Below, one piece after another: positions 48,812 through 59,223 of a stretch of 64,000 nucleotides of DNA. Every line of letters begins with the position of its first letter. Position 1 is the first letter of the stretch. The stretch is from Longimicrobiales bacterium (GTDB taxonomy: Bacteria > Gemmatimonadota > Gemmatimonadetes > Longimicrobiales > Gaopeijiaceae): NCBI GenBank assembly GCA_965226375.1, contig CBDDCX010000008.1:288001-352000 (forward strand), given 5' to 3'. Below the pieces are notes generated by a model. The model did no database searches and had not been told where the DNA came from. It worked only from the letters and a program-made list of their open reading frames with translations. Both the position numbers and the translations under genes were made by a program.

Positions 48812-49961
48812 GCCGTGGAGGCCTAGTCTAATGAGAACACGACCACCCTCCCGCTTCGGGCCGCACCGCCCGGGCCTCGTCCTGATCATCGCATGCTCGC
48901 TGCTGATGGCCTGCGGCACGTCCCACGTGCCGCGCGGACTCCTTGGTGAGCCCGCCCGGGGAAGCGCCCGGATACGTCTACTACACGCCCCTCACATCGT
49001 CGACCACCTATTTGATCGAGGCGGGCAGCGGCGCCGTCGTTCACACGTGGGAGAGCGAGTGCGCCCCCACCGCGTCCGTCTATCTGCTCGACAACGGCAA
49101 CCTGCTCCGGGGCGGAAAAATGCCGGAGGTCGAGGTATTCAGTGGCGGCGGACAGGGCGGCAGGCTCCAGGAGTTCGCATGGGATGGCGAAGTCGTCTGG
49201 GACTTCCGGTGCGCCACTGAGGAGTACCTTCTGCATCACGACACCGCGCTTCTTCCTAACGGCAACATCCTGGCGATTGCATGGGAAGAGAAGTCGCGCG
49301 AAGAGGCGGGGGAGATGGGGTATCGGCCGGAGATGACCCCCGAGAGTGGCGTCTGGCCTGACATGATCGTCGAGATCGAGCCCCAGGGCCGCACAGGCGG
49401 CCGGATCGTGTGGGAGTGGCACGCCTGGGACCACATGATCCAAGACTACGATGACAATGCGGGTAATTTCGCTGACCCGGCGGCCCACCCCGAGCTCGTC
49501 GACATCAATGCCGGTCGCCGGGTGCCAGGCAACGTCATGCAGGACGATATCGCACGGTATCGTGAGCTCGGATATGTGCCGGAAGGCGACGGTCACAACC
49601 CGTCGTCGGACCTCATGCATTCCAACGCGATCGCGTACAACGCAGAATTGGATCAGATCGTACTGAGCCCGCGCGTCTTCAGCGAGATCTGGGTCATCGA
49701 CCACAGCACCACCACGGCGGAGGCCCGTGGCAGCACGGGAGGTCGCTGGGGCCGCGGAGGTGACTTGCTCTACCGCTGGGGGAATCCGCAGGTGTACGGG
49801 CAAGGCACGGAAGCCGACCAGATCCTTTTCGGTCAGCACGATATCCGCTGGGTACCGGAGGGGATGCCGGGTGCCGGCAACTTCACGGTATTCAACAACG
49901 ACAACGTCACACCGGGCGGGACCTATTCCGCCGTCTTCGAGTTCGCGCCCCCTACCGACGC
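48812..49961. repeat. About 1.15-kb near-perfect inverted repeat of 23152..24300
   Basis: Alternative-frame ORFs are identical between copies (e.g. 23677..23877 = 49236..49436); the only difference seen is one extra T near 48943. Confidence 0.9.
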
Positions 49962-50328
49962 GTCGGGCGCGTACGTCCTGGGGGACGGAGAGGCGTTTGG
50001 TCCAGAAGAAGTGATCTGGAGCTACACTGCGCCCGACCGGCCTGACTTCTACGGCTCGTTCATCTCCGGGGCGCACCGGCTCGCGGGGGGCAACACCCTG
50101 ATCACCTCGGGGCCCCAGGGACGCTTCTTCGAAGTGACCACCGACGGGGAGATCGTCTGGGAGTTCTGGTCGCCGACGTCTGGCGATGTGGCTTCCCCCC
50201 CACGCGGCGCCGCCATCCGTGCCAACCCCTACGCCGTATTTAGGGCGACGTATGTTGCGGGCGACCATCCGGCCCTGAGAGGTCGGAATCTCGTTCCGCT
50301 GGATCCGCAGCCGAGGCTGATCCCGCCC
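48831..50328 (+). pseudogene. ASST family gene, copy 3: +1 frameshift near 48943, no stop codon, fused in frame to DUF885
   Basis: Signal peptide is in ORF 48618..49220 and the body in ORF 48943..51492; reads through ...PRLIPP into NVQSEPP... Confidence 0.85.
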
Positions 50329-53300
50329 AACGTACAATCCGAGCCGCCAGCCAACGTGGCTGACCCGACCGCGTCTCTGCACGCGCTCTGCGACGAGTTT
50401 TTCGAACGCGGACTTGAACTCAACCCAATGCGGGCGTCCTCAATTGGCGATTACCGCTTCAATGATCAGTACGCCAATTCGATCGGTCCAGAACATCGTA
50501 AAGCCAGCCACCAGCTCGATGAGACATTCCTCGCGCGCCTCCTAAATATCGATCGCAAGCAACTCTCACGTCAGGACAGATTGAGCTACGACTTGTTCCG
50601 GCTCCATCGTGAGCAGTCGCTCGAGAGCGAACAATTTCCCGGCCACCTGCAACCGATCAACCAGCGTTCCTCGGCCTTGAATTCATTTGTGCAACTCGGT
50701 AGCGGTACCAGCGTTCACCCCTTCAAGACGATTAAGGACTACGATGACTGGTTGTCACGAATTGATGGATTCGTCGTGTACGTTGACCAGGCGATCACCA
50801 ACATGCGGGAGGGCGTGCGACAGGGCGTGGTGCAACCGCGTATTCTGATGACCGAGTCTCTGAAGCAGATCGAGTCGCAGATTGTCGACTCGGCGGAAGA
50901 CAGTGGTTTCTGGGCGCCGATCGAAAATATGCCCATCGAATTCAGTCAGGAAGAACGGGGACGACTTACGGTGGCATTCAAAGATGCTATCGAGAATAAG
51001 GTTCTTCCAAGTTATCAACGGGTTGCCAATTTTATCGCAGACGAGTATCTGGCGGCGGCACGGGACACGGTTGGGCTGTATGCATTGCCTGACGGACAAG
51101 AATGGTACGCCTACAACGTCAAGCGTGTGACCACCACTGACCTGACGCCTGACGAGATCCATCAAATTGGCCTGGACGAAGTTGCGCGCATTCACAACGA
51201 AATGCGCGGTGTCATGACCGAAGTCGGGTTCGAGGGCGACCTCAAGGATTTCTTCGACTACGTAAATAGCGACGAGAAGTTCTATTACGATGAAGCCGAC
51301 GAATTGATTCAGGGCTATCGCGACATGTACGAACGGATTTCGGCATTGTCGATGAAACTGTTCGACGTTTTTCCCAAGAGTTTAGCGCCCCCGATTTCTC
51401 TGGACAGTAGATTGGCAAAGACAGCGGGTCCAGAGAGAAAGGGACGTGATGGCCCAGAAGCCGAGGGAGAACAAGGCGACCGCAGGTCGTGAGAAGGTAC
51501 CCGAGCGGTGGAGTGCCCAGCAGAAAACGGAGGTGGTGCTGCGCCTGCTACGGGGTGAGGACCTGGTGGAGGTCAGCCGCGAGGTACAGGTCTCACCGCC
51601 GGAGCTGGAGGAATGGCGGCGGGTGTTCCTGGAGACCGGTCAGCAGGGACTGAGACGCCGGGGCCGAGACCCTGGAGAACGGGAGCTGACCCGGACCCGG
51701 GCGAAGCTGGGAGAGTTGACGATGCGACTGGAGCTTGCGAGAGAACTCCTGGAAAAAAGGGGGTACGGGGACGAGCTGGAGAAGCTCTTGAAGCGCGGAC
51801 GCGGGTGAGTCCGGGGACAGGGCGGCTCTACCCTCTGACGATGATCTGCGAGGTCTGGCGGGTGGGGCGCTCGACGGTCTACGCGGCCCGAGATCGAGAA
51901 GAGAGCGACGGGCCGGCAGGGCTGAAGAAGCGCGGACCGAAGACGAAGCTGAGCGACGAGGAGTTGGTGGAGGAGATCCGACAGGTGCTGAAGGAGAGCG
52001 ACTTCCTGGGCGAAGGCCACCGGAAGGTCCGGGCCCGTCTGAGAGCCAAGGGGATCGGTGTGGGCAAGAACCGCGTGCTGCGGCTGATGCGGGAGAATGG
52101 GCTGCTGGCCCCCGTACGGCGCGGAAAGCACCCGCGTGGGGACCGGAGCCACAGCGGCCGGATCACGCGACGGATGTGCCGAACGAGCTGTGGGGTACGG
52201 ACGCGACGCGGTTCTACACGAAGGAGGATGGGTGGTGCTGGTTCTTCGTGGCGGTGGATCACTGCATCACAGACGTGGTGGGCTGGCACGTGGCGAAGAA
52301 GGGCGATCGGTGGGCAGCGCTCGAGCCGATCCGCCAGGGTGTACGAACCCACATGGACGGCTACGCGCCCAAGATCGCTCTGGGGCTCGGCCTACGGCAC
52401 GACTGGGGCCCTCAGTACACCGCCCATCAGTTCCAAGGAGAGCTGGCCTGGCTCGGGATCCGCTCGACGGCCTCGTACGTAGGAGAGCCGGAGTGCAACG
52501 GCGTCGCGGAACGCTTCATGCGGACGCTGAAGGAAGAGTGCCTGTACCTCCACGACTTCGAGAGCCTCGAGGAGGCCAGGCAGGAGATCGATGCGTTCAT
52601 CGAACGCTACAACCGCGGGTGGCTCCTGGAGCGGCACGGGTATCGGACCCCGGCCCAGGTCCGTCAGGAGCTCACCCTGAAGGCGGCATGATTAGGCCGC
52701 CGACTTGTCCAGGAAACCGGAACCGGTACAAGAGCAGCCTCGAAGTGCGTCGAGTCGAACCGTTTCGCGAAGCGTCAGCTGGTGGCGCCTCCTATCGTAC
52801 TGGCACGCCGGACGGTAGCCGAGCCGGCGTTTTTTACGCCAACGCCTATGACATCAAGGCACGTCCAATCTGGAATATGGAGTCGTTATTCCTGCACGAG
52901 GCGATTCCCGGCCATCATTTCCAGCGCTCCCTCCAGGTCGAAAATACGGACCTGCCAAGCTTCCGACGATTTGGCGGCAATTCGGCGTTCACCGAAGGTT
53001 GGGGTCTTTATGCCGAGATGCTCGGCAAGGAAATTGGCGTCTATACCGATCCGTATCAGTACTTTGGCCTCTTGAACGGCGAGCTCTGGCGCGCTATTCG
53101 CCTGGTCGTTGATACCGGCCTGCACACAAAAGGATGGACGCGACAGGACGTGCTCGACTACATGTACGCGAATTCGGCGGTAAAAGAATCGCGGGCCGTT
53201 CCTGAAGTCGGGCGTATCATCGCCAGCCCGGGTCAGGTCCTGGCATACAAGATTGGTCAGCTCAAGATCCGTGAACTGCGCGATGACGCGGAGGAGCGCC

Positions 53301-53413
53301 TGGGTGACCAATTTGACATCAAAGCATTCCACACCCAAGTGCTGATGGATGGCCCGATGCCGTTATCGATGCTTGAGGACAAGATCGACGACTGGGTGGA
53401 ATCACAACTGTAA
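50329..53413 (+). pseudogene. DUF885 family protein lacking its own signal peptide, interrupted by IS3
   Basis: TTDLTPDEIHQIGLDEVARI, HEAIPGHHFQ, EGWGLYAE, RLVVDTGLH and YKIGQLKI motifs; FPK|SSLEVRR rejoins across the IS. Confidence 0.9.
51381..52730 (+). mobile_element. IS3-family insertion sequence, copy A, 1350 bp
   Basis: Ends TTTAGCGCCCCCGATTTCTCTGGACA...TGTCCAGGAAACCGGAACCGGTACA; 4-bp TSD AGAG; orfA 51446..51808; orfB to 52691 with WGTD, HDWG and AERF (DDE). Confidence 0.93.
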
Positions 53414-53483
53414 AACGATTTCATGGCACGACTAAGGGGTCAACCCGAGTGTGCTGCAACTATTCAACGAATTGGAGGACAAA

Positions 53484-55323
53484 ATGGCAGGAATTGCATT
53501 AAAGCAACCTATTGGAAAAGAGGTTCGTGTTGTCGATTCTAAGTGTGAATCAGGTGTTAGATGTGACATTCACGCTGTTAATGACAACCAAACGATTATC
53601 ACTGACGAACCGCTTGAGCGTGGTGGGACTGGGACCGCGTTTAGCGCCCCCGATTTCTCTGGACAGTAGATTGGCAAAGACAGCGGGTCCAGAGAGAAAG
53701 GGACGTGATGGCCCAGAAGCCGAGGGAGAACAAGGCGACCGCAGGTCGTGAGAAGGTACCCGAGCGGTGGAGTGCCCAGCAGAAAACGGAGGTGGTGCTG
53801 CGCCTGCTACGGGGTGAGGACCTGGTGGAGGTCAGCCGCGAGGTACAGGTCTCACCGCCGGAGCTGGAGGAATGGCGGCGGGTGTTCCTGGAGACCGGTC
53901 AGCAGGGACTGAGACGCCGGGGCCGAGACCCTGGAGAACGGGAGCTGACCCGGACCCGGGCGAAGCTGGGAGAGTTGACGATGCGACTGGAGCTTGCGAG
54001 AGAACTCCTGGAAAAAAGGGGGTACGGGGACGAGCTGGAGAAGCTCTTGAAGCGCGGACGCGGGTGAGTCCGGGGACAGGGCGGCTCTACCCTCTGACGA
54101 TGATCTGCGAGGTCTGGCGGGTGGGGCGCTCGACGGTCTACGCGGCCCGAGATCGAGAAGAGAGCGACGGGCCGGCAGGGCTGAAGAAGCGCGGACCGAA
54201 GACGAAGCTGAGCGACGAGGAGTTGGTGGAGGAGATCCGACAGGTGCTGAAGGAGAGCGACTTCCTGGGCGAAGGCCACCGGAAGGTCCGGGCCCGTCTG
54301 AGAGCCAAGGGGATCGGTGTGGGCAAGAACCGCGTGCTGCGGCTGATGCGGGAGAATGGGCTGCTGGCCCCCGTACGGCGCGGAAAGCACCCGCGTGGGG
54401 ACCGGAGCCACAGCGGCCGGATCACGCGACGGATGTGCCGAACGAGCTGTGGGGTACGGACGCGACGCGGTTCTACACGAAGGAGGATGGGTGGTGCTGG
54501 TTCTTCGTGGCGGTGGATCACTGCATCACAGACGTGGTGGGCTGGCACGTGGCGAAGAAGGGCGATCGGTGGGCAGCGCTCGAGCCGATCCGCCAGGGTG
54601 TACGAACCCACATGGACGGCTACGCGCCCAAGATCGCTCTGGGGCTCGGCCTACGGCACGACTGGGGCCCTCAGTACACCGCCCATCAGTTCCAAGGAGA
54701 GCTGGCCTGGCTCGGGATCCGCTCGACGGCCTCGTACGTAGGAGAGCCGGAGTGCAACGGCGTCGCGGAACGCTTCATGCGGACGCTGAAGGAAGAGTGC
54801 CTGTACCTCCACGACTTCGAGAGCCTCGAGGAGGCCAGGCAGGAGATCGATGCGTTCATCGAACGCTACAACCGCGGGTGGCTCCTGGAGCGGCACGGGT
54901 ATCGGACCCCGGCCCAGGTCCGTCAGGAGCTCACCCTGAAGGCGGCATGATTAGGCCGCCGACTTGTCCAGGAAACCGGAACCGGTACACGCGGCCTCAC
55001 CATTGATGCACTTTGCCGCCTCGCTAGCAGCTTGCCAAACGGTTCAGGTTGTTAAGGTCGCCAAAGCAATGCGATTCAAGCACGGTGCCATCAACATTAA
55101 ATCCTCCACGACCACGGACAAAATCGCGTCGGTGGAAGGAGACGAGAAGGTAATGCGTTTCTGCGGGGCAGAACTGACTATCGATATTGAAACCAACGAA
55201 TCGCCGGAGAAATTGGAGCGACTGAAACGCTTGTCTGAGGATCGCTGTCCGGTGGGCAGAATCTTCACCGACGCGGGATACCCACCAACGGTAATTTGGA
55301 ATGTGCTCCCGCTCAAGGAATAA
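53484..55323 (+). pseudogene. OsmC/Ohr family protein interrupted by IS3 copy B
   Basis: DEPLERGGTGTA|ASPLMHFAASLAAC ... EDRCPV (two Cys) rejoins across the IS. Confidence 0.9.
53640..54989 (+). mobile_element. IS3-family insertion sequence, copy B, 1350 bp
   Basis: Same ORFs as copy A; own 4-bp TSD CGCG (53636-53639 and 54990-54993). Confidence 0.93.
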
Positions 55324-55324
55324 G

Positions 55325-55410
55325 GGCTCTTCAGCAGAATCTGTGGGTGACTTTGGGTGGGGGTAAGTCTCCAAGGGTATGATACAAGGCGATTTCGAGG
55401 GCTCGGAAGG
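55325..55410 (-). mobile_element. ISL3-family right-end remnant
   Basis: Encodes FRALEIALYHTLGDLPPPKVTHRFC* followed by ...GAAGAGCC; both resemble ISL3 transposase C-termini and element ends. Confidence 0.7.
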
Positions 55411-55726
55411 TTCGATCTGCGTCAACAATACCATTATCCAGGAACAACCGACGATCATTGGGATTTGTGAACCACACCCGCGTCGAGAAGCGGCAAGAAG
55501 TGCGGTACAAGCGACTCACCATCCAAAACAACATCCGTTGAGAGCGCGAATGCTGTTCACCGAACGCTCGGCCTAGCCCCCGGATGGCGACGAGTACCGT
55601 CGGGACGCCGGCGAGGCGGGACGCGACCGAGGCAAGAATGTTGGACTTGGTGGTGAAAGTGATCACGACGTCGAACCGGTGTCGACGTGCGGCTCGGAAG
55701 ACGCGGAAAGCATAGAGCAGGTCCAA
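55410..55726 (-). pseudogene. Glycosyltransferase family 4 N-terminal-domain fragment
   Basis: DVVITFTTKSNILAS.A.RLAGVP....IRGLG.AF ... VWFTNPNDRRLF. Confidence 0.7.
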
Positions 55727-55859
55727 GCGGGCTGCATGAACCGATCCATGGGAGTATCGATCACTTCAGCTGGCAGAGCTCGCAACTCCTCGTCGAAATC
55801 ACCAACCTCGCACAGGATGGATGACCGGAATCCACCATTTTGGGAAAGGATCTGACTGA

Positions 55860-56400
55860 ATCGTTCGCGAAGGATGAACGACTACGTCCATCAGCGACAA
55901 GAGCGCAGGGGCGTCCTCATGCCATCCCGTGAATACGACGCGATCGGACAGCCCGGCTTCCGCCACCTGACGCCTCAGGTTGTCCGCGTATTCCGATACG
56001 CGTCGAGAATGGGATCTCCAATGATCAACAGCCTAGCCTCCGCGTGCGCTGCCGCCACTCGACGAACAAATGCTGCTATCAAGTGATGGACGCCTTAGGG
56101 AGGATACAATTGACCGAGGTAGGCAAAGTTCAGCTGCCCCTCAGAAATCTCGAATTCGGTCTTGAGAGCCGAATGATCCGAGGCCAGAGTCCCGTCTACC
56201 TCGGAGATGTCCAGGCTGATCTCGAGAATGTCGATTCTCTGACCAAGAGTGCGTACCAGCCTGCGATACCGATCGTCGCGGTTCGAGCAGCTGAAGAAAA
56301 GGGTCCGATCAGCCCACAGGAGCCCGATCCGATCGAGCAGAGGTTTTGTGGCCGTCAGTAAGACACGGGATAGGCCGGCAACAAATTCGCCGACCTTTTA
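55860..56400 (-). pseudogene. Second GT4 glycosyltransferase fragment with a stop and a frameshift
   Basis: Manual translation: ...NFAYLGQLYPP*GVHHLIAAF...RLLIIGD...LRRQVAEAGLSDRVVFTGWHEDAPALLSLMDVVVHPSR. Confidence 0.7.
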
Positions 56401-56409
56401 TCGCCCCCG

Positions 56410-57648
56410 CTAGCGAGACTCAGCGGCGACCGCCTCGACCTCGCGCCAGACTCGCAGCAGATTGCCGCCCCAGAGCTTCTCGATGTCGTCTCGGCTGTAG
56501 CCCCTGCGCACCAACTCCAGTGTGACGTTCAATGTCTCGCTGGCGTCGAACCAATCGACAATGCCACCGCCACCGTCGAAGTCTGAGCTCAGCCCCACGT
56601 GATCGATGCCGATCAGGTCGACCGCGTGGTCCACATGATCGATGAAATCACCGACGTCGGCGTAGCCGATCTCACGGAGACGGGTCATGATCTCGCCGCG
56701 CTCATCGGCGTGGAGCGAGAGCGCATCTCTGAGTCGCTCCAGCCCGAAATCCGCCAGTAGCTCAGAGGTCGCCTCCTGTTGCTCCGGCGTTAGGGCCTTA
56801 ACGAAGACAGCAAGGGCCGTGGCCTGCGTGACCCCGCCGTTATTCTTGAGCGCGAGTAGTGTCTCGTCGTCCATGTTGCGGAAATGGTCCCTGACTGCGC
56901 GTGTGTTGGAGTGGGATGCGATAACAGGTGCGCGGGAGAGTCGTATCGCGTCGAGCGCCGCGGCCTTTGAGACGTGAGAGACATCGACCATGATGCCGAG
57001 CCGATTCATTTCGGCAATGACTCGTTCTCCAAACGCGCTGATCCCGTCATGCTCCGATTCTTCGTCCCCGAACTCGGGGCGCGGCCGTGAGGAATCGGAG
57101 ATGTCGTTGTGTCCGCCGTGGGACAGCGTGATGTAGCGGGCACCGAGTTCGTGGTAGCGCTGGAGGAGCGAGAGATCATTACCAATGACGTACCCGTTCT
57201 CGATGCCGATGGCGGCGACGAGCTTACCGGAAGAGTGGATGCGTGCGACGTCGTCAGCGGAGTAGGCCAACTCGATGAGATCCGGATACATCTCGTCCAC
57301 CATGCGGTGGATCGCATCGAACTTCGTCATTGCATCGGTTTTCGCTTGCGCGTAGTTCTCCGGCGTCCGTTCAGTCTGACCCACAAAAACGATAAAAAAC
57401 CCGACGTCGAGTCCACCCGCACGCATCTTTTCGAGATTGACCTGGCGGACACCGTTCAGCGGATCGACGGACTCGGTCGCGAAGTCGAACGAGATATCGT
57501 CGTGACTGTCGATGGTGATCACCGCGTCGTGAATGACCTCGCCGGTGGCGCGGAGATCGGCCTCCGACATCTGAGCGGGATCTGTGTCGGCGCACCCGAT
57601 CATCGCCAGCAAGAGGATTACGCAGAGCGGTATGGAACGTGGTTTCAT
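56410..57648 (-). CDS. Membrane dipeptidase (peptidase M19), lipoprotein
   Basis: IDSHDD, GIENG, YITLSH, VDVSH, IASHS and SSDFDGGG motifs; lipobox MIGC. Confidence 0.92.
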   Translation of the reverse strand: MKPRSIPLCVILLLAMIGCADTDPAQMSEADLRATGEVIHDAVITIDSHDDISFDFATESVDPLNGVRQVNLEKMRAGGLDVGFFIVFVGQTERTPENYAQAKTDAMTKFDAIHRMVDEMYPDLIELAYSADDVARIHSSGKLVAAIGIENGYVIGNDLSLLQRYHELGARYITLSHGGHNDISDSSRPRPEFGDEESEHDGISAFGERVIAEMNRLGIMVDVSHVSKAAALDAIRLSRAPVIASHSNTRAVRDHFRNMDDETLLALKNNGGVTQATALAVFVKALTPEQQEATSELLADFGLERLRDALSLHADERGEIMTRLREIGYADVGDFIDHVDHAVDLIGIDHVGLSSDFDGGGGIVDWFDASETLNVTLELVRRGYSRDDIEKLWGGNLLRVWREVEAVAAESR

Positions 57649-57692
57649 TTCGACCCCCTCAGGGTTGTCGGGTCTGGGCTTAGCCGGCTGTG

Positions 57693-57885
57693 TTATCGGG
57701 CGGTCTCCGTCCCGGCTCCGTAGGCCTCCATCAATTTTGCATCCACCCCTTCTGCGAGTACCCGCATGATTCCGGCGGGCGGCGCACGGTGTCGCAGCGC
57801 CTGGACCATGTACTTCATTGCCGGGTCGATGCGATTGAAGAACGTGCGGTAGCCTTCGCATAGGTAGTTCAGACCGGCTTCGAAC
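57693..57885 (-). pseudogene. C-terminal remnant of an anaerobic sulfatase maturase (anSME/AslB radical SAM)
   Basis: EAGLNYLCEGYRTFFNRIDPAMKYMVQALR..PPAGIM matches the end of the SPASM domain; no upstream CxxxCxxC. Confidence 0.75.
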
Positions 57886-58098
57886 CAGTTCACGACGACG
57901 ACCGGGCCGATGCCCTGTAGCACCCGGTCCGGCACATCTTACATCTTCTGGAGAAGGTATTTCAACCGCTCCAACCGGTGGGGCCCGTTATGAGCCACAG
58001 CCCGTCGCTGGCGTAGCTGCGCCCAAGCATCGAGAATGAAAGACCGACGAGCTTTAGTACTGCCAGTCGAACGTCCGATTGTCTACTTGGGAGGCAAT

Positions 58099-59214
58099 AT
58101 GTCATCGTCACGATTCCGAGCGTCCGTGCTTCTCACCTGCACAACCGCTCTGTTCGCGGGGTGTGCCCCGTCCGAAGCCCCGGCCATATCGGGCAACCCG
58201 ATCACCGGCGAGGGCCTACCGAACCCGAACCCGACGGTGACGGCGAACTGGGGGAACCTTCCCGAAGGAAGAGAGTGGGGGACGACCGCGGGTATAGACA
58301 TCGACCCGTTCGACGGGCACATCTGGGCTTATGAGCGGTGCGGTGCCGGCAACCTCAGTGGGGGTCGGGTCAACTGCGAGACAAACCCGGTCGACCCGAT
58401 ATTCAAGTTCGACCGCAATACCGGTGAGGTCCTCGCCAACTTCGGGGCAGGGCTGTTCGTCACGCCGCACGGCATCCACGTGGACAGCGACGGCAACGTG
58501 TGGGTGACCGACTACGCCGGAAACCAGGCCGGGACCAAGGGGCATCAGGTCTTCAAGTTCAGCCCCTCAGGTGAGGTGCTGCTGACGCTCGGCACGGCTG
58601 GGCAGCCGGGAAGCGGGCCGAACCAGCTGAATCAACCCAACGACGTGATTACGGCGCCGGATGGCAGCATCTTCGTCGCGGACGGGCACAGTGGCCAGAA
58701 CGACAACCCGCCGGAGGGCGCGACCGCGCGTATCATTAAGTACGCATCAGACGGCACCCACATCACGGAGTGGGGGCAGATCGGCCCGCGACACGGTGAT
58801 TTCCGGACGCCGCACTCGTTGGCATTCGATTCCCAAGGTCGCCTGTTCGTTGCTGATCGCGGCAACCACCGCATCGAGATCTTCGATCCGGATGGCAACT
58901 ACCTCGACTCGCGGTATATGTACGGGCGCATAAGCGGCATCGTCATCACCGCGGACGACATGCTTTATGCGATCGACTCGGAATCCAGCCCGACGCGCCA
59001 CCCCAACTGGCGTAACGGTGTCCGCATCGGGCACGTCGACGAGGACCTGGTCACCGGCTTCATCCCCCCCTTCGAGAGGGAAGACAGGGTCTATCAGGGA
59101 GCCGCAGGTGAGGGCATCGCCGTCGACGCGGACGGAAACGTGTACGCCGCCGAAGGGCCGAACTCACTGCGTTGGGCCGGTGGCGCGTTTACGAAATACG
59201 GCGTCGGCCGGTGA
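58099..59214 (+). CDS. NHL-repeat protein (PAL-like), lipoprotein
   Basis: PHGIHVDSDGNVWVTD, NQPNDV and PHSLAFDSQGRLFVADRGNHRI repeats; lipobox FAGC. Confidence 0.88.
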   Translation: MSSSRFRASVLLTCTTALFAGCAPSEAPAISGNPITGEGLPNPNPTVTANWGNLPEGREWGTTAGIDIDPFDGHIWAYERCGAGNLSGGRVNCETNPVDPIFKFDRNTGEVLANFGAGLFVTPHGIHVDSDGNVWVTDYAGNQAGTKGHQVFKFSPSGEVLLTLGTAGQPGSGPNQLNQPNDVITAPDGSIFVADGHSGQNDNPPEGATARIIKYASDGTHITEWGQIGPRHGDFRTPHSLAFDSQGRLFVADRGNHRIEIFDPDGNYLDSRYMYGRISGIVITADDMLYAIDSESSPTRHPNWRNGVRIGHVDEDLVTGFIPPFEREDRVYQGAAGEGIAVDADGNVYAAEGPNSLRWAGGAFTKYGVGR

Positions 59215-59223
59215 GTCGCGCGA

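Noticed and set aside
22767..50328. Diversity-generating retroelement explanation for the ASST repeats
   Set aside because: No reverse transcriptase in the window, and the differences are not adenine-specific or confined to a short variable region.
52097..53413. 438-aa ORF as a transposase-DUF885 fusion
   Set aside because: Its N-terminal part is an off-frame read of the IS running into the DUF885 3' half.
51381..54989. Composite transposon formed by the two direct IS3 copies
   Set aside because: Each copy has its own matching TSD and splits its own gene, so they are independent insertions.
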